Program-made: the position numbers and the translations under genes
The notes under the pieces: generated by a model
Databases searched by the model: none
What the model saw: the letters and a program-made list of their open reading frames with translations, nothing else
What the model was told of the DNA's origin: nothing
Assembly (NCBI GenBank): GCA_029858565.1
Contig: JAOUEV010000001.1
Span: 32,001-96,000, forward strand
DNA from: Nitrospirota bacterium
GTDB lineage: Bacteria > Nitrospirota > UBA9217
Length of the DNA stretch: 64,000 bases
Reading direction: 5' to 3'
In this document: positions 52,024 to 61,667 of the stretch, piece by piece
Numbering within the stretch: the stretch's first letter is position 1
How the letters are laid out: each line of letters opens with the position of its first letter

Positions 52024-53148
52024 ATGCGCGGCCATGGGCTGATGCAGGCGATTGCGCGTGTGAACCGGGTGTTCCGTGACAAACCAGGCGGTCTCGTGGT
52101 TGATTACCTAGGTTTGGCAGACCAACTCAGAAATGCCCTGGCTGCGTACACAGAAAGCGGTGGTACCGGCGAGACTGCTATTGATCAGGCAAAGGCTGTT
52201 GCTTTCATGCTCGAAAAATATGAGATATGCCTCGGGATGTTCCATGGTTTCGATTGGTCAGCATGGAAGACCGGCAAGGCTGCGGCCCAGCTTTCGGTCC
52301 TTCCTCCGGCGCAGGAGCATATCCTGAAACAGGAAGATGGCAAGTCTCGACTGGTCAGGGCGGTCGTCGATCTGTCCAAGGCCTTTGCCCTATCCGTACC
52401 CCATGAGGAGGCAATCCGCATCCGTGACGATGTTTCCTTCTTCCAGGCGGTCAAGGCAGCCTTGGTCAAGAGCGAGTCCACAGGGGGTAAGACCGAAGAA
52501 GAAATGAACCTCGCTATCCAGCAGATCGTCTCGCGGGCTATTGCACCGGGCGAGGTGATCGATATCTTTGCCGCGGCAGGGCTCAAGAAACCGGATATAT
52601 CGATCCTGTCCGACGAGTTCCTTGCCGAGGTCCGGGGATTGCCGCAGAAGAACCTGGCTGTGGAATTGCTCCGGAAACTCCTGAATAACGAAATCAAGAC
52701 CAGAGCAAAACGGCATCTTGTCCAAGCCCGTTCATTCGCCGAAATGCTGGAGACGGCTATCCGGCGTTACCAAAATCGCGCTATCGAGACAGCCCAGATC
52801 ATCGAGGAATTGATCGATCTTGCCAAGGATATGCGGCAGGCTGAGAACCGGGGTGTGGATCTGGGGCTGAACGACGATGAGGTAGCTTTTTATGAAGCTC
52901 TGGAAGTGAACGATAGCGCGGTAAAAGTTCTCGGCGATGAAACCCTCAAGACCATTGCCCGGGAACTGGTGGATACCGTTCGCAAGAATACGTCGATCGA
53001 CTGGACGGTCAAGGAATCGGTAAAAGCCAAGCTGCGGGTGATCGTGAAACGGATTCTTCGGAAATATGGATATCCACCGGATAAGCAGGAACGGGCGACG
53101 CTTACTGTGTTGCAGCAGGCGGAACTGTTAGCGCCTGAGTGGGCGTAA
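52024..53148 (+). pseudogene. hsdR: C-terminal remnant of type I restriction subunit HsdR (DUF3387 region)
   Basis: Begins at [16 protein letters not shown] (helicase motif VI) and ends [10 protein letters not shown]; nuclease and ATPase motifs missing; no hsdM or hsdS nearby. Confidence 0.88.
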
Positions 53149-53221
53149 TGTTATCGATATGATCAATCAAGAAAAGATTATTGTCTGAAATTCATCAGCA
53201 TTTGAGGTAGCGGCTAATTTT

Positions 53222-53518
53222 ATGACAATTACGCGGCTCTTTGCGAAACGAGTCAGGTGTCTGTTAATGTCGCTAGCTTTATTAGCTGCTGTGGTGAGCT
53301 GTGCCGAAAATCCGCGCCTTGAAATCCAAACGTTCGATCAAGAAGCCGTCGTTGTTCAGTTTAATATGGGTCCTTTTATTAAAGAGGTTGATCTCGACAA
53401 TGCTATGAATAGTTATTGCGGCTCGTTGAAACCGAAGATCATCCGAGAAGAGCGAAAACAGTTGCCTGGTCAATATAGATTTCAGAAGAAGATCGAGTTC
53501 AAATGCGTTGCTCAATAA
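53222..53518 (+). CDS. Small putative lipoprotein (AT-rich)
   Basis: LALLAAVVSC lipobox; paired Cys residues. Confidence 0.6.
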   Translation: MTITRLFAKRVRCLLMSLALLAAVVSCAENPRLEIQTFDQEAVVVQFNMGPFIKEVDLDNAMNSYCGSLKPKIIREERKQLPGQYRFQKKIEFKCVAQ

Positions 53519-53709
53519 TTGAATTGCGGGAAGACGACATCCGGCGCAGATTTCTTCCCGTAGTTGAGATTCCATAAATTGGATCACGACTGCAGGTTAC
53601 TACGCGAAACGTATATGTCACCGGCTACTGAAGCATTTCTAGGATAAATGATACTGCGGAGGTTTTGAGGTTCGCAGAGTTTCAATCTGATTGATGAGGA
53701 CAGATTATA

Positions 53710-54345
53710 ATGAAATTCAAAAAGTGGGTTCGATGGTTCAATATTATTAATCACAACATACTAACTATGCAGATGTCATATCAATGCTACACCGATTTGG
53801 ACGCATACGTTCAATCTAAAGCGAATGGTTTTTATAAGATTCTGCAATTATGGTATTCAGATCACATGGTAATGTCAGTTAGGCGACAAATAAAAGCAGG
53901 GAGGGAGAGCGTGTCATTTCTTCGTTTGCTGCGCGAGATGGCGTCAGCTCCTCAAGCTATAACAAGAAGTCGATACGAAGCAGCTTTTGACGATAAAATG
54001 AAAGCAAATAGTATTTTTGATAAGTTTGCTGGGTCTGGTAATGGGTCGCTAGATAAGATGAGAATTGAGGTAGATATACAAGGGATTCAAGAAGTTTCAT
54101 CAAATATTGAAGCCTTCGCAGACAGATTTGTTGCACATTTAGATGGAAGAGGATTGCCAACCGATAGAATGCCATCTTATAGAGAGCTAGAGGAGGCATT
54201 ACTCCGCCTAGAGCAGCTTAGAGAGAAGTATGCTGAACTATTCTATGTGGCTCAATCAACGACAAACATAATTACATTTCGCTCACCAAGATTCAATATT
54301 GAGATCGAGAGCTTCGTAAAAAAAGCAGCAAAGCGCCTGAGTTGA
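53710..54345 (+). CDS. Hypothetical protein, HEPN AbiU2-like
   Basis: AT-rich ORF; VMSVRR...SVSF..LL and ADRFVAHLD segments resemble AbiU2 HEPN. Confidence 0.5.
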   Translation: MKFKKWVRWFNIINHNILTMQMSYQCYTDLDAYVQSKANGFYKILQLWYSDHMVMSVRRQIKAGRESVSFLRLLREMASAPQAITRSRYEAAFDDKMKANSIFDKFAGSGNGSLDKMRIEVDIQGIQEVSSNIEAFADRFVAHLDGRGLPTDRMPSYRELEEALLRLEQLREKYAELFYVAQSTTNIITFRSPRFNIEIESFVKKAAKRLS

Positions 54346-54456
54346 ATATTTGAGTTCGTCATAGGCAGTGCGGAGATCTTCCTTAACAAGTTCTTCTGAA
54401 ATATTCAATAGAATGTATATATAAACTCCGCATTAAGGCCCTGGAGTAAATAGATT

Positions 54457-54777
54457 ATGACAATTGATTTTGATCGGATCAAAGGCATTGCTCTCAGTGG
54501 CATCCGAAGGGCAGCAGTTTTTCTAGGCTTAGGTGTGAATGGGGCACGGAATGACTCGCTTACAGAGTATGATTTAGCAGAAACTCGCATCAAACTCCTT
54601 CCTGAAAAGTTGTCGGCACAAGAACTGAAAGATATCAAGCAAAACTTTGAGAAATGGATTATATGGAACAGTCTACGGGAGCTGATTGAAAGTTTTGGTA
54701 TATTCCTTGATGCGATTCACCAGTCCGGGAGAACGAGGGGGACGTTGGTTCCTACGGTGCATAACGTGAATGCATAG
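54457..54777 (+). CDS. Hypothetical protein, likely 3'-truncated
   Basis: AT-rich ORF whose tail changes composition after DAIHQS. Confidence 0.45.
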   Translation: MTIDFDRIKGIALSGIRRAAVFLGLGVNGARNDSLTEYDLAETRIKLLPEKLSAQELKDIKQNFEKWIIWNSLRELIESFGIFLDAIHQSGRTRGTLVPTVHNVNA

Positions 54778-55165
54778 AGAATGACCGACCATGAAAGCGA
54801 GGAGGGGATGTGCCACGCAACTTCCTAGGGTCACGTCTATTGAATTGGTGTCGGCTGTTCTTTGGAACTTCCTAGGGATCGTCGCGGGTCAGGCTTAATT
54901 ATTTAGATTCATCTAGGGAAAACACGCGGGTTTGCCCGGAGCTGTTGAGTTGTTTGAATACTGGCAAGGCCGGAGGAAACGCTCTCCGGCCCTTTGCTTT
55001 GCAGTGCCGGCTTTGGGCAGATGGGAACTTTCCAGGGTCCGGTCATTTGACATTTGCTCCTGATCAGCCTTTCCTCTGAACAATTTATATCTCTCCACGA
55101 TTTGAGCACTCTTTGCGTTGATAATGCGCATGCAATTACATTATAATTACGAGTGGAGGTGCAGT

Positions 55166-55414
55166 GTGAAAGCGACGATCATCCTCATTGGTAATTCCAG
55201 GGCCATCAAAATTCCCAAGGCGGTCCTGGAGCAGTGTCATATCGACAAAGAGGCGATTATGGAAATAGAAAAAGGGGCAATCATCATTAAACCGGCAAAG
55301 AAGGAAGCGCGGACCGGATGGGATGAGTCATTCAAGGAAATACGACGGTTCAAAGAGGATAACCTTCTTGTCTCCGGCAATGTCGACTCGGATTTTAAGG
55401 AGTGGGCATGGTAG
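55166..55414 (+). CDS. mazE: AbrB/MazE-family antitoxin
   Basis: IGNSRAIKIPK..LEQC, R.GW..F and DF.EW.W; GGAGGT RBS and GTG start. Confidence 0.85.
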   Translation: MKATIILIGNSRAIKIPKAVLEQCHIDKEAIMEIEKGAIIIKPAKKEARTGWDESFKEIRRFKEDNLLVSGNVDSDFKEWAW

Positions 55415-55482
55415 TCCAGCAGTACGACATCGTTCTCATCAACTTCGATAAGGATACTTGCCATGCAATCACTCGAATATAA
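55408..55482 (+). pseudogene. mazF: Truncated PemK/MazF toxin N-terminus
   Basis: MVVQQYDIVLINFD overlapping the mazE stop, then unrelated sequence and a stop. Confidence 0.7.
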
Positions 55483-55963
55483 GAACGCCTTTCTGTATGT
55501 CATTATCAGGCCGGAAGACGGAGCCGTCCCGGGCAGGTACATTTTCTATAGCGGTATTAATACGAAATGGTTCTGCAGGCTTGCCTGGAAAAAAGCCGGC
55601 ATCTGCTCCAACCCGGCTGTCCGGGGGATCCAGCTGCTCCGCACGCATGTGTCCGAATTCGTCGCCAAGCAGGGCATGATTGCCGATAAAGCGGACGGCA
55701 TCGAAGCATTTGCCATTGATCGCGGCGACGGATGGTGGAATGAGAATCCGCTCAGAATCGAAGGGGCTTCAGCTGAAAAAGTACGCGAACTGCTCGAATT
55801 CAGCGTCATGGACCTGGTGAAGACCGTGCTGGTCGTCTGCGTTCCCGGCGTCCAGGTTCCCGCGGGCTTTCTGGACCAGGCAGCGATGCAGAAGTTCCTC
55901 GAGTCGCTGTCGGTGGCCGAGGAGCGCGAGCGGGTGATGGCTTTTGAAAAGGAAAACTGTTGA
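55463..55963 (+). CDS. Hypothetical protein
   Basis: 166-aa ORF with host-like codon usage. Confidence 0.6.
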   Translation: MQSLEYKNAFLYVIIRPEDGAVPGRYIFYSGINTKWFCRLAWKKAGICSNPAVRGIQLLRTHVSEFVAKQGMIADKADGIEAFAIDRGDGWWNENPLRIEGASAEKVRELLEFSVMDLVKTVLVVCVPGVQVPAGFLDQAAMQKFLESLSVAEERERVMAFEKENC

Positions 55964-56011
55964 GAAATGCCGAATAGGGAGTGCTTGTAGTTAAGAAATT
56001 CAAGCAAGTAA

Positions 56012-56035
56012 GAGATTGCTTCGTCGCTTTCGCTC
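56012..56035 (+). repeat. REP-like right half (GAGATTGCTTCGTCGCTTTCGCTC)
   Basis: Reverse complement of 51708-51719. Confidence 0.6.
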
Positions 56036-56058
56036 TTCATCAACGGAGGACAAACCAT

Positions 56059-56469
56059 ATGCCAAGACTTTCCGACATCAAGTTCAAGGCCGTGATCCTC
56101 GGCGCTGTTGTGGACAACATGGGCACCCTGGTGATCATGTCGGTCCTGGCGGCATTGCTCGTGAAAACAGGTTTGTCCGAGGACGAGGTCATGGCCAGGC
56201 TCAGGAGCACGAACGGACTTCTCCTGGGGCTGATCCTCGGCATGGGCTGCACGCTCGGAGGCTCCTACCTGGCCGGCAGGATGGCGGCCAGGGCCGAGGT
56301 ACTGCACGGAGCGCTGGTCGCGGTGATCGGCACGGTGCTTTCAATGGTCTTCCATGAGAGCGGCACCCCGCTCTGGTTCGATATCGCCGGTTTTACCTTC
56401 ATCCTTCCCGCGGGCATGGCCGGCGGGTATCTGGCGCGGAAGCATCGTATCGCTCCTCCGGCAGCGTAG
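56059..56469 (+). CDS. Small 4-TM membrane protein (paralog of 47069-47482)
   Basis: AVILGAVVDN, GCT.GG.Y.A.RMA, LHG, PLW and LPAGMAGG shared with 47069; GGAGG RBS. Confidence 0.8.
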   Translation: MPRLSDIKFKAVILGAVVDNMGTLVIMSVLAALLVKTGLSEDEVMARLRSTNGLLLGLILGMGCTLGGSYLAGRMAARAEVLHGALVAVIGTVLSMVFHESGTPLWFDIAGFTFILPAGMAGGYLARKHRIAPPAA

Positions 56470-56593
56470 GGCCGGTCTGCCGTACCGTTCCTTCCCCCTG
56501 CCAATCAGCGTGCGCCGCTCAGGAGGTTGTCGTTGACAGCGAACGGCCAATTCCCTTATCATAAGCCCTCGGAATGAGTCCCAAAGGAATCCC

Positions 56594-57700
56594 ATGACGA
56601 ACAGATCCCTTGATGAACAATACATGGACCTGGCCCTGCAGCTGGCCGCGAAAGCCAAAGGCAGGACGAGCCCGAACCCCCTGGTCGGCGCGGTGGTGGT
56701 GAAGAACGGCAAGGTGATCGCCAGCGGCTGGCACCAAAAAGCGGGGGAACCCCACGCCGAGGCGATCGCGCTCAGGAAAGCGGGAAAAGCGGCACAGGGC
56801 GCCACGCTCTATGTGACGCTCGAACCGTGCTCGCACACGAACAAGCGCACGCCGCCCTGCGCACCGCTGGTGATCACGAGCGGAGTGAAGCGCGTTGTGG
56901 TAGCCATGATCGATCCCAATCCCCAGGTGTCCGGCGGAGGACTGAAGGCGATCAAGCGAGCGGGCATCAAGGTCACGACCGGCGTGCTCAAGGACGAGGC
57001 GGAGAAGCTGAACGAGGCCTTTGTCAAGCGCATGGCGACCGGCCTGCCTTTCGTGACCATGAAGATCGCCCAGACCCTTGACGGCAAGATCGCGACGGCA
57101 AAAGGCGAGTCCAAGTGGATAACCGGACCTGACGCGCGCGAGGCCGGCCACTATTTGCGCGACACTCATGACGCGATCCTCGTTGGCATCAATACCGTGC
57201 TGAAGGACGATCCGAGCCTCACCACGCGCATTCCCGGCGGCCGTGACCCGATCCGGGTGGTCGTGGACAGTTCGCTGCGGATCCCGATGAAAGCGAAGAT
57301 CATCACGCAGCGTTCCTCCGCCAGAACGATCGTTGCCACGGTCGACGGCGCTTCGGAAAGCAAGCTCCGGAAGCTCGAAGCAGCGGGTGTCGAGGTCGTT
57401 ATCACGAGGGCGGCTCAGGGCAGGGTGGACCTCAAGGACCTGATGAAGAAGCTCGGTATGAGAAGCATCATGTCCCTCCTGATCGAGGGCGGGGCCGAGG
57501 TCCATGCATCAGCGCTCAAGGCTGGGATCGTGGACAAGGCCGTGATCTTCATCGCGCCGATGCTCATGACCGGCAAAGACTCGCTCTGCTCCATCGGCGG
57601 CAGATCGCCGGCCAAACTTGCTCAAGCGGTCAAGTTCAGCGAGGCTGAGGTGGATACGGTCGGCGATGACCTGATGGTGGAAGGGTACATTCAGCGATAA
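56594..57700 (+). CDS. ribD: Riboflavin biosynthesis deaminase/reductase
   Basis: PNPLVG, HAE, LEPC...PPC, LDGKIA and IEGG. Confidence 0.97.
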   Translation: MTNRSLDEQYMDLALQLAAKAKGRTSPNPLVGAVVVKNGKVIASGWHQKAGEPHAEAIALRKAGKAAQGATLYVTLEPCSHTNKRTPPCAPLVITSGVKRVVVAMIDPNPQVSGGGLKAIKRAGIKVTTGVLKDEAEKLNEAFVKRMATGLPFVTMKIAQTLDGKIATAKGESKWITGPDAREAGHYLRDTHDAILVGINTVLKDDPSLTTRIPGGRDPIRVVVDSSLRIPMKAKIITQRSSARTIVATVDGASESKLRKLEAAGVEVVITRAAQGRVDLKDLMKKLGMRSIMSLLIEGGAEVHASALKAGIVDKAVIFIAPMLMTGKDSLCSIGGRSPAKLAQAVKFSEAEVDTVGDDLMVEGYIQR

Positions 57701-57766
57701 GCAATAAGTTGTAAGGGGTAAGTAAAGCAGGAGCACTGTATTCCTCCCATTCGTACTTTACAAATC

Positions 57767-58444
57767 ATGCATCCCACTGTTCACGATATCAAAGAAGCCC
57801 TCAAAAGCAACGCCATCACCCACGTCCTGCTCGACATGGATGGCACGCTCCTGGACAAATACTTTGATGACTACTTCTGGGAGCATCTGGTGCCGGAGAA
57901 ATACGCGGACAAGCACAAGATCACCTTCGGGAAAGCAAAGGAAGAACTGCTCAGGAAGTACAAGTCTCACGAAGAGACGCTCAACTGGACGGACATTGAT
58001 TTCTGGTCCCGGGAACTGGGGCTCGAGATCATGGCGCTCAAGGAGCAGATCCGGCACCTTATCGAAATCCATCCCCATGTGGAGGAGTTCCTGGGCCTTA
58101 TGCGTTCAAGGAGGAAGAAGGTCTATATTGCCACGAACGCCCACGACCGGGTGCTGGCCATGAAGATGAAAAAGACCGAACTCGGCAAATATCTCACCGG
58201 AACGATCACGTCAGCTGAGATGGGATATCCCAAGGAGCATCAGGAGTTCTGGCACCGGCTGGAGAAAAAGCTCGGATTCTCCAGGGACTCGGCGCTCTTT
58301 GTGGATGACACGCTCGCGGTGCTCCGGTCCGCGAGGAAGTACGGGATCAAGTACCTTGTGTACAAGGCAAAAGGGAACTCGAAGGTCCCGCCGGGAAAGA
58401 GCGATGAATTCGCCACGGTGATGGATTTCAACGAACTGATGTAA
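57767..58444 (+). CDS. HAD-superfamily nucleotidase (YrfG-like)
   Basis: DMDGTLLD..FD.YFW, TNAH, PKE..EFW and FVDD. Confidence 0.88.
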   Translation: MHPTVHDIKEALKSNAITHVLLDMDGTLLDKYFDDYFWEHLVPEKYADKHKITFGKAKEELLRKYKSHEETLNWTDIDFWSRELGLEIMALKEQIRHLIEIHPHVEEFLGLMRSRRKKVYIATNAHDRVLAMKMKKTELGKYLTGTITSAEMGYPKEHQEFWHRLEKKLGFSRDSALFVDDTLAVLRSARKYGIKYLVYKAKGNSKVPPGKSDEFATVMDFNELM

Positions 58445-58504
58445 CGCTCGGCATGGTTGAGCGTCAATGGCGCTCAACGCTGTTTCTGGTATACTCAAAT
58501 CACC

Positions 58505-59554
58505 ATGAATCCTTTCCGAAAAAAGACCCTCACGGGAATGTCCCGCACCTGCGGCTGAGCAGCCAAGATCGGTCCGGCGGACCTGTCGGACGTGCTTTCC
58601 TCGATCTGTCCTGTTCATGATCCCAACCTGCTGGTGGGGTTCGACACCAGCGACGACGCGGCGGTCTACCGTCTCACGCCCGAAGTCGCGGTGATCAGCA
58701 CCGTTGACTTCATCACGCCTCCGGTGGACGATCCGGTCTGGTTCGGCAGGATCGCCGCCGCGAACGCCCTTTCCGATGTCTATGCCATGGGCGGCAAACC
58801 CGTGGTCGCGCTGAACCTGGTGATGTTCCCGTCAAAGAAGCTGGACAAGGGACTGCTCAGGGACATGCTGAGCGGCGGATTCGAGAAGGTCCAGGAGTCA
58901 GGCGCCGCCCTGGCTGGGGGGCATTCGGTCGATGACCTGGAGCCCAAGTACGGTTTGGCGGTGACCGGCACGGTCCACCCTGACCGGGTCCTGACGAACT
59001 GCAACGCAAAGCCCGGTGACGCCTTGGTCCTGACCAAACTGCTCGGCACCGGCGTGCTGTTCAATGCCTGTAGATCAAAGAAACTTCCCTATCGCGACCT
59101 GGAGCCCATTCTTCCCAAGGTTGCCGAGCTGAACCGCGCTGCGATCGAGACCGCCCTAACTTTCGAGATCCACTCCTGTACGGACATTACGGGGTTCGGG
59201 TTCCTTGGCCACGCGCTTGAGATGGCGCGCGGGAGCAAGGTCCGGATCGAGGTGGCCTTCGGCAGGCTGCCGGTCCATCCTTATGTGTTCGACATGTACC
59301 GCAAAGGCGAGACTACCGGGAGCAACAAAGCGAACCGGAAGATGGCCCAAGGCTGGTGGGAACAGCAACGAAAGCTTTCTCATCCTGAGCAGGAACTGCT
59401 GTTCGATCCCCAGACATCGGGCGGCCTGCTGTTGTCCCTTCCCGGTCCGCAGGCAGGGGAACTGGTGCAGAAGCTGAAAGAGGCTGGTGTCGAGGACGCA
59501 GTCGTGATCGGTGAGGTGCTCGCGTCCGGGCAGCCGGGCATCGTCATAATCTGA
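58505..59554 (+). CDS. selD: Selenide, water dikinase (selenoprotein, Sec at codon 18)
   Basis: ATG 58505 gives ...RTCG-UGA(58556-58558)-AAKIGP in frame with DDAAVY, DFITP, ANALSDVYAMGG, GGHS, DITGFG and DPQTSGGLL. Confidence 0.95.
58568..58587 (+). promoter_or_regulatory. Putative bacterial SECIS element
   Basis: Hairpin GGTCC-ggc-GGACC starting 12 nt after the UGA, with G in the apical loop. Confidence 0.6.
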
Positions 59555-59599
59555 TAATTAGTTCTGTTACTTCCATTCTGTTTCTTTCCGCACGTGTCC

Positions 59600-60190
59600 T
59601 CAACTTCCGATCAGTTTTACCAGCCCCGTTCTGATCATCTTTACCGCGAATGCTGCAAGGATAAGCGCCGCGACCTTGGCAAATGCCCGGGAGCCGTTGA
59701 TGCCTACGGTCCGGATGATCCGGTCGGACAAGGCGAAGATGAGCCAGGCAATGACCAGATTGAGCACGAGGGATATCATCACCGGAAGATACCCATAGGT
59801 GCCGTGGAGCACCATGGTCGTTGTGAGCACGGCCGGACCCGCGATGATCGGCGTTCCCAGGGGTACCACGCCGAAGGTGGGGCTCGGCACCGGTCGTTTT
59901 TCTCCGGCCCGCACGATATCCACGGTAGCGATAATGAGCAGCAAGATGCCACCGGCGATCATGAAGTCTTCGACCAGGATGCCGAGGGCGTCGAAGATCG
60001 CCCTGCCGACCAGCACGAAACCGGCGGTGACGAGGAATGCGGTGACGATGGACTGGCGGACGATCCTCTTGCGTTCCGGCCGCTTCATGCCCTCGGTCAT
60101 TCCCACAAAGATCGGCAGCGTACCCGGAGCGTCCATGGCGACCATGATGGGAATGAAGCATACCAGAAAGCTGTTCACCAGTTCGTTCAT
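59600..60190 (-). CDS. MarC family membrane protein
   Basis: MDAPG..P.F, IAGGILL and VPLGTPIIAGP. Confidence 0.93.
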   Translation of the reverse strand: MNELVNSFLVCFIPIMVAMDAPGTLPIFVGMTEGMKRPERKRIVRQSIVTAFLVTAGFVLVGRAIFDALGILVEDFMIAGGILLLIIATVDIVRAGEKRPVPSPTFGVVPLGTPIIAGPAVLTTTMVLHGTYGYLPVMISLVLNLVIAWLIFALSDRIIRTVGINGSRAFAKVAALILAAFAVKMIRTGLVKLIGS

Positions 60191-60384
60191 GAGAGGCCCT
60201 TTTCCCTTCCCGTGGTACTAGTATATAGCAGAAGCCCGGAGCTGTCCAGAAGACATCCCGTTGTTGTCATCCCGTTGTTCCACCTGGGTTCGGCAGTATT
60301 CCGTCGTCCGCGAAACCGGCCCGTTTCACGCGCGCAGGTTGCACAGGTATGCAAATATTATTGTGCGAGAAATGGGAAAGAGTC

Positions 60385-60413
60385 TTGACATGCCGGAATT
60401 GGGACCATATAAT
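60385..60413 (+). promoter_or_regulatory. Perfect consensus sigma70 promoter
   Basis: TTGACA-17 bp-TATAAT upstream of the REC-PilZ gene. Confidence 0.8.
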
Positions 60414-60469
60414 TCATCGGATTTATCGAAATGCCTGCAGGGGCATTTGTTCGCTTCCGGGGGGAATGC

Positions 60470-61144
60470 ATGCGGAAACCGCGGGTCGTGATCTTCGATG
60501 ATGAATCGCTCATCCTCGGCATGTTGCGGGACTACTTCAACATGCGGGGATACGAGGTCCTGTCCTATGCCGAGCCTACGAACGTCTGTCCGCTCTACGG
60601 CAAGGACGGCGACGTGTGCTCCTATTTCGATCCCTGCGCGGATGTCATCCTCACCGATTTCAATATGCCCGGCCTGAACGGCGTAGAACTTCTGGAACAC
60701 CAGCACCGCAAGGGCTGTCCGCTCGACAACAGGAACAAGGCAGTCATGTCCGGTCTCCTCGAAGACCAGTTCCGGCGCAGGATCGAGGAGCGGGGATACC
60801 AATTTCTGCAAAAACCCTTCACCATCTTCAAGCTCTCCGAGTGGCTTTCCCAGTGCGAGCAGCGTATGGACCTGGGCAGACAGCTGGCGACGCGGCGGCA
60901 GGAAGAGCGGTTCGACAGCTTCCGCGAGGTTACGTTCCGGGTCCCGACGCAGGACCGGACCTTCACGGGCGTTGCCGTGAACATCAGCCGATCCGGTCTA
61001 TGCCTCAAGGTCCCTATGCCGCTTCAGCGGGAGGAGACCCTGCATATCGATGCCGGTCACTTCTCAACATGCCGGCAGGCTTCGGTGCGCTGGGTCCAGC
61101 CGGCCGATAACGGTTCCTACCTTGCCGGCCTGCACTGCTGCTGA
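60470..61144 (+). CDS. Response-regulator receiver plus PilZ domain protein
   Basis: FDDE, TDFNMP and KPF; PilZ RQEERF and NISRSG motifs. Confidence 0.88.
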   Translation: MRKPRVVIFDDESLILGMLRDYFNMRGYEVLSYAEPTNVCPLYGKDGDVCSYFDPCADVILTDFNMPGLNGVELLEHQHRKGCPLDNRNKAVMSGLLEDQFRRRIEERGYQFLQKPFTIFKLSEWLSQCEQRMDLGRQLATRRQEERFDSFREVTFRVPTQDRTFTGVAVNISRSGLCLKVPMPLQREETLHIDAGHFSTCRQASVRWVQPADNGSYLAGLHCC

Positions 61145-61319
61145 TCACACAGGATCCTTCCCCTTCCAGGATGTCCTTATTTCTTAATGCGGATTTCCCG
61201 TTAGTTATTCCATGCGATGCCGGGTTTATCAGGTAGAAGGCTGAAGGTTTATGGTTGGGGCCTGAAGACGAAAGGCCGTTTCACAACACGGTCAGTCTTC
61301 AGGCGATATCTGCTGCTCC

Positions 61320-61667
61320 TCAGCAGGTGATGTGGAAGGCGGCAATGACCTTGTCTTTGGAGGTCGCGAGAAGGGTGTTGAACATGTCAACGGCCTTGAC
61401 GGTCTTGTCGACCCGCACTTCAATGCCTTTAGAAGTAAGAAAGTTGCGGATCTGGTCGGGGATGGACATGACGCCTGCGTAACCGGTCCCGATGATCAGG
61501 ATGTCCGGCGCAGCCTGGACGATATCGGCGAACTCGCTGATCTGCGGGCGATGTTCTTCCTCCCGGACCCAGGCGTCCTGGACGCGATCAGGGTAGACGA
61601 TTACATCAGTGGTGAATGTTTTCCCCGCGATGGTTATCTTGCCGAAGGAAAAAGAATCGACTTTCAT
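61320..61667 (-). CDS. Mth938-like (DUF498) protein
   Basis: SFGKITI.G..F..DV, IIGTG..G and AAFHITC. Confidence 0.9.
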   Translation of the reverse strand: MKVDSFSFGKITIAGKTFTTDVIVYPDRVQDAWVREEEHRPQISEFADIVQAAPDILIIGTGYAGVMSIPDQIRNFLTSKGIEVRVDKTVKAVDMFNTLLATSKDKVIAAFHITC

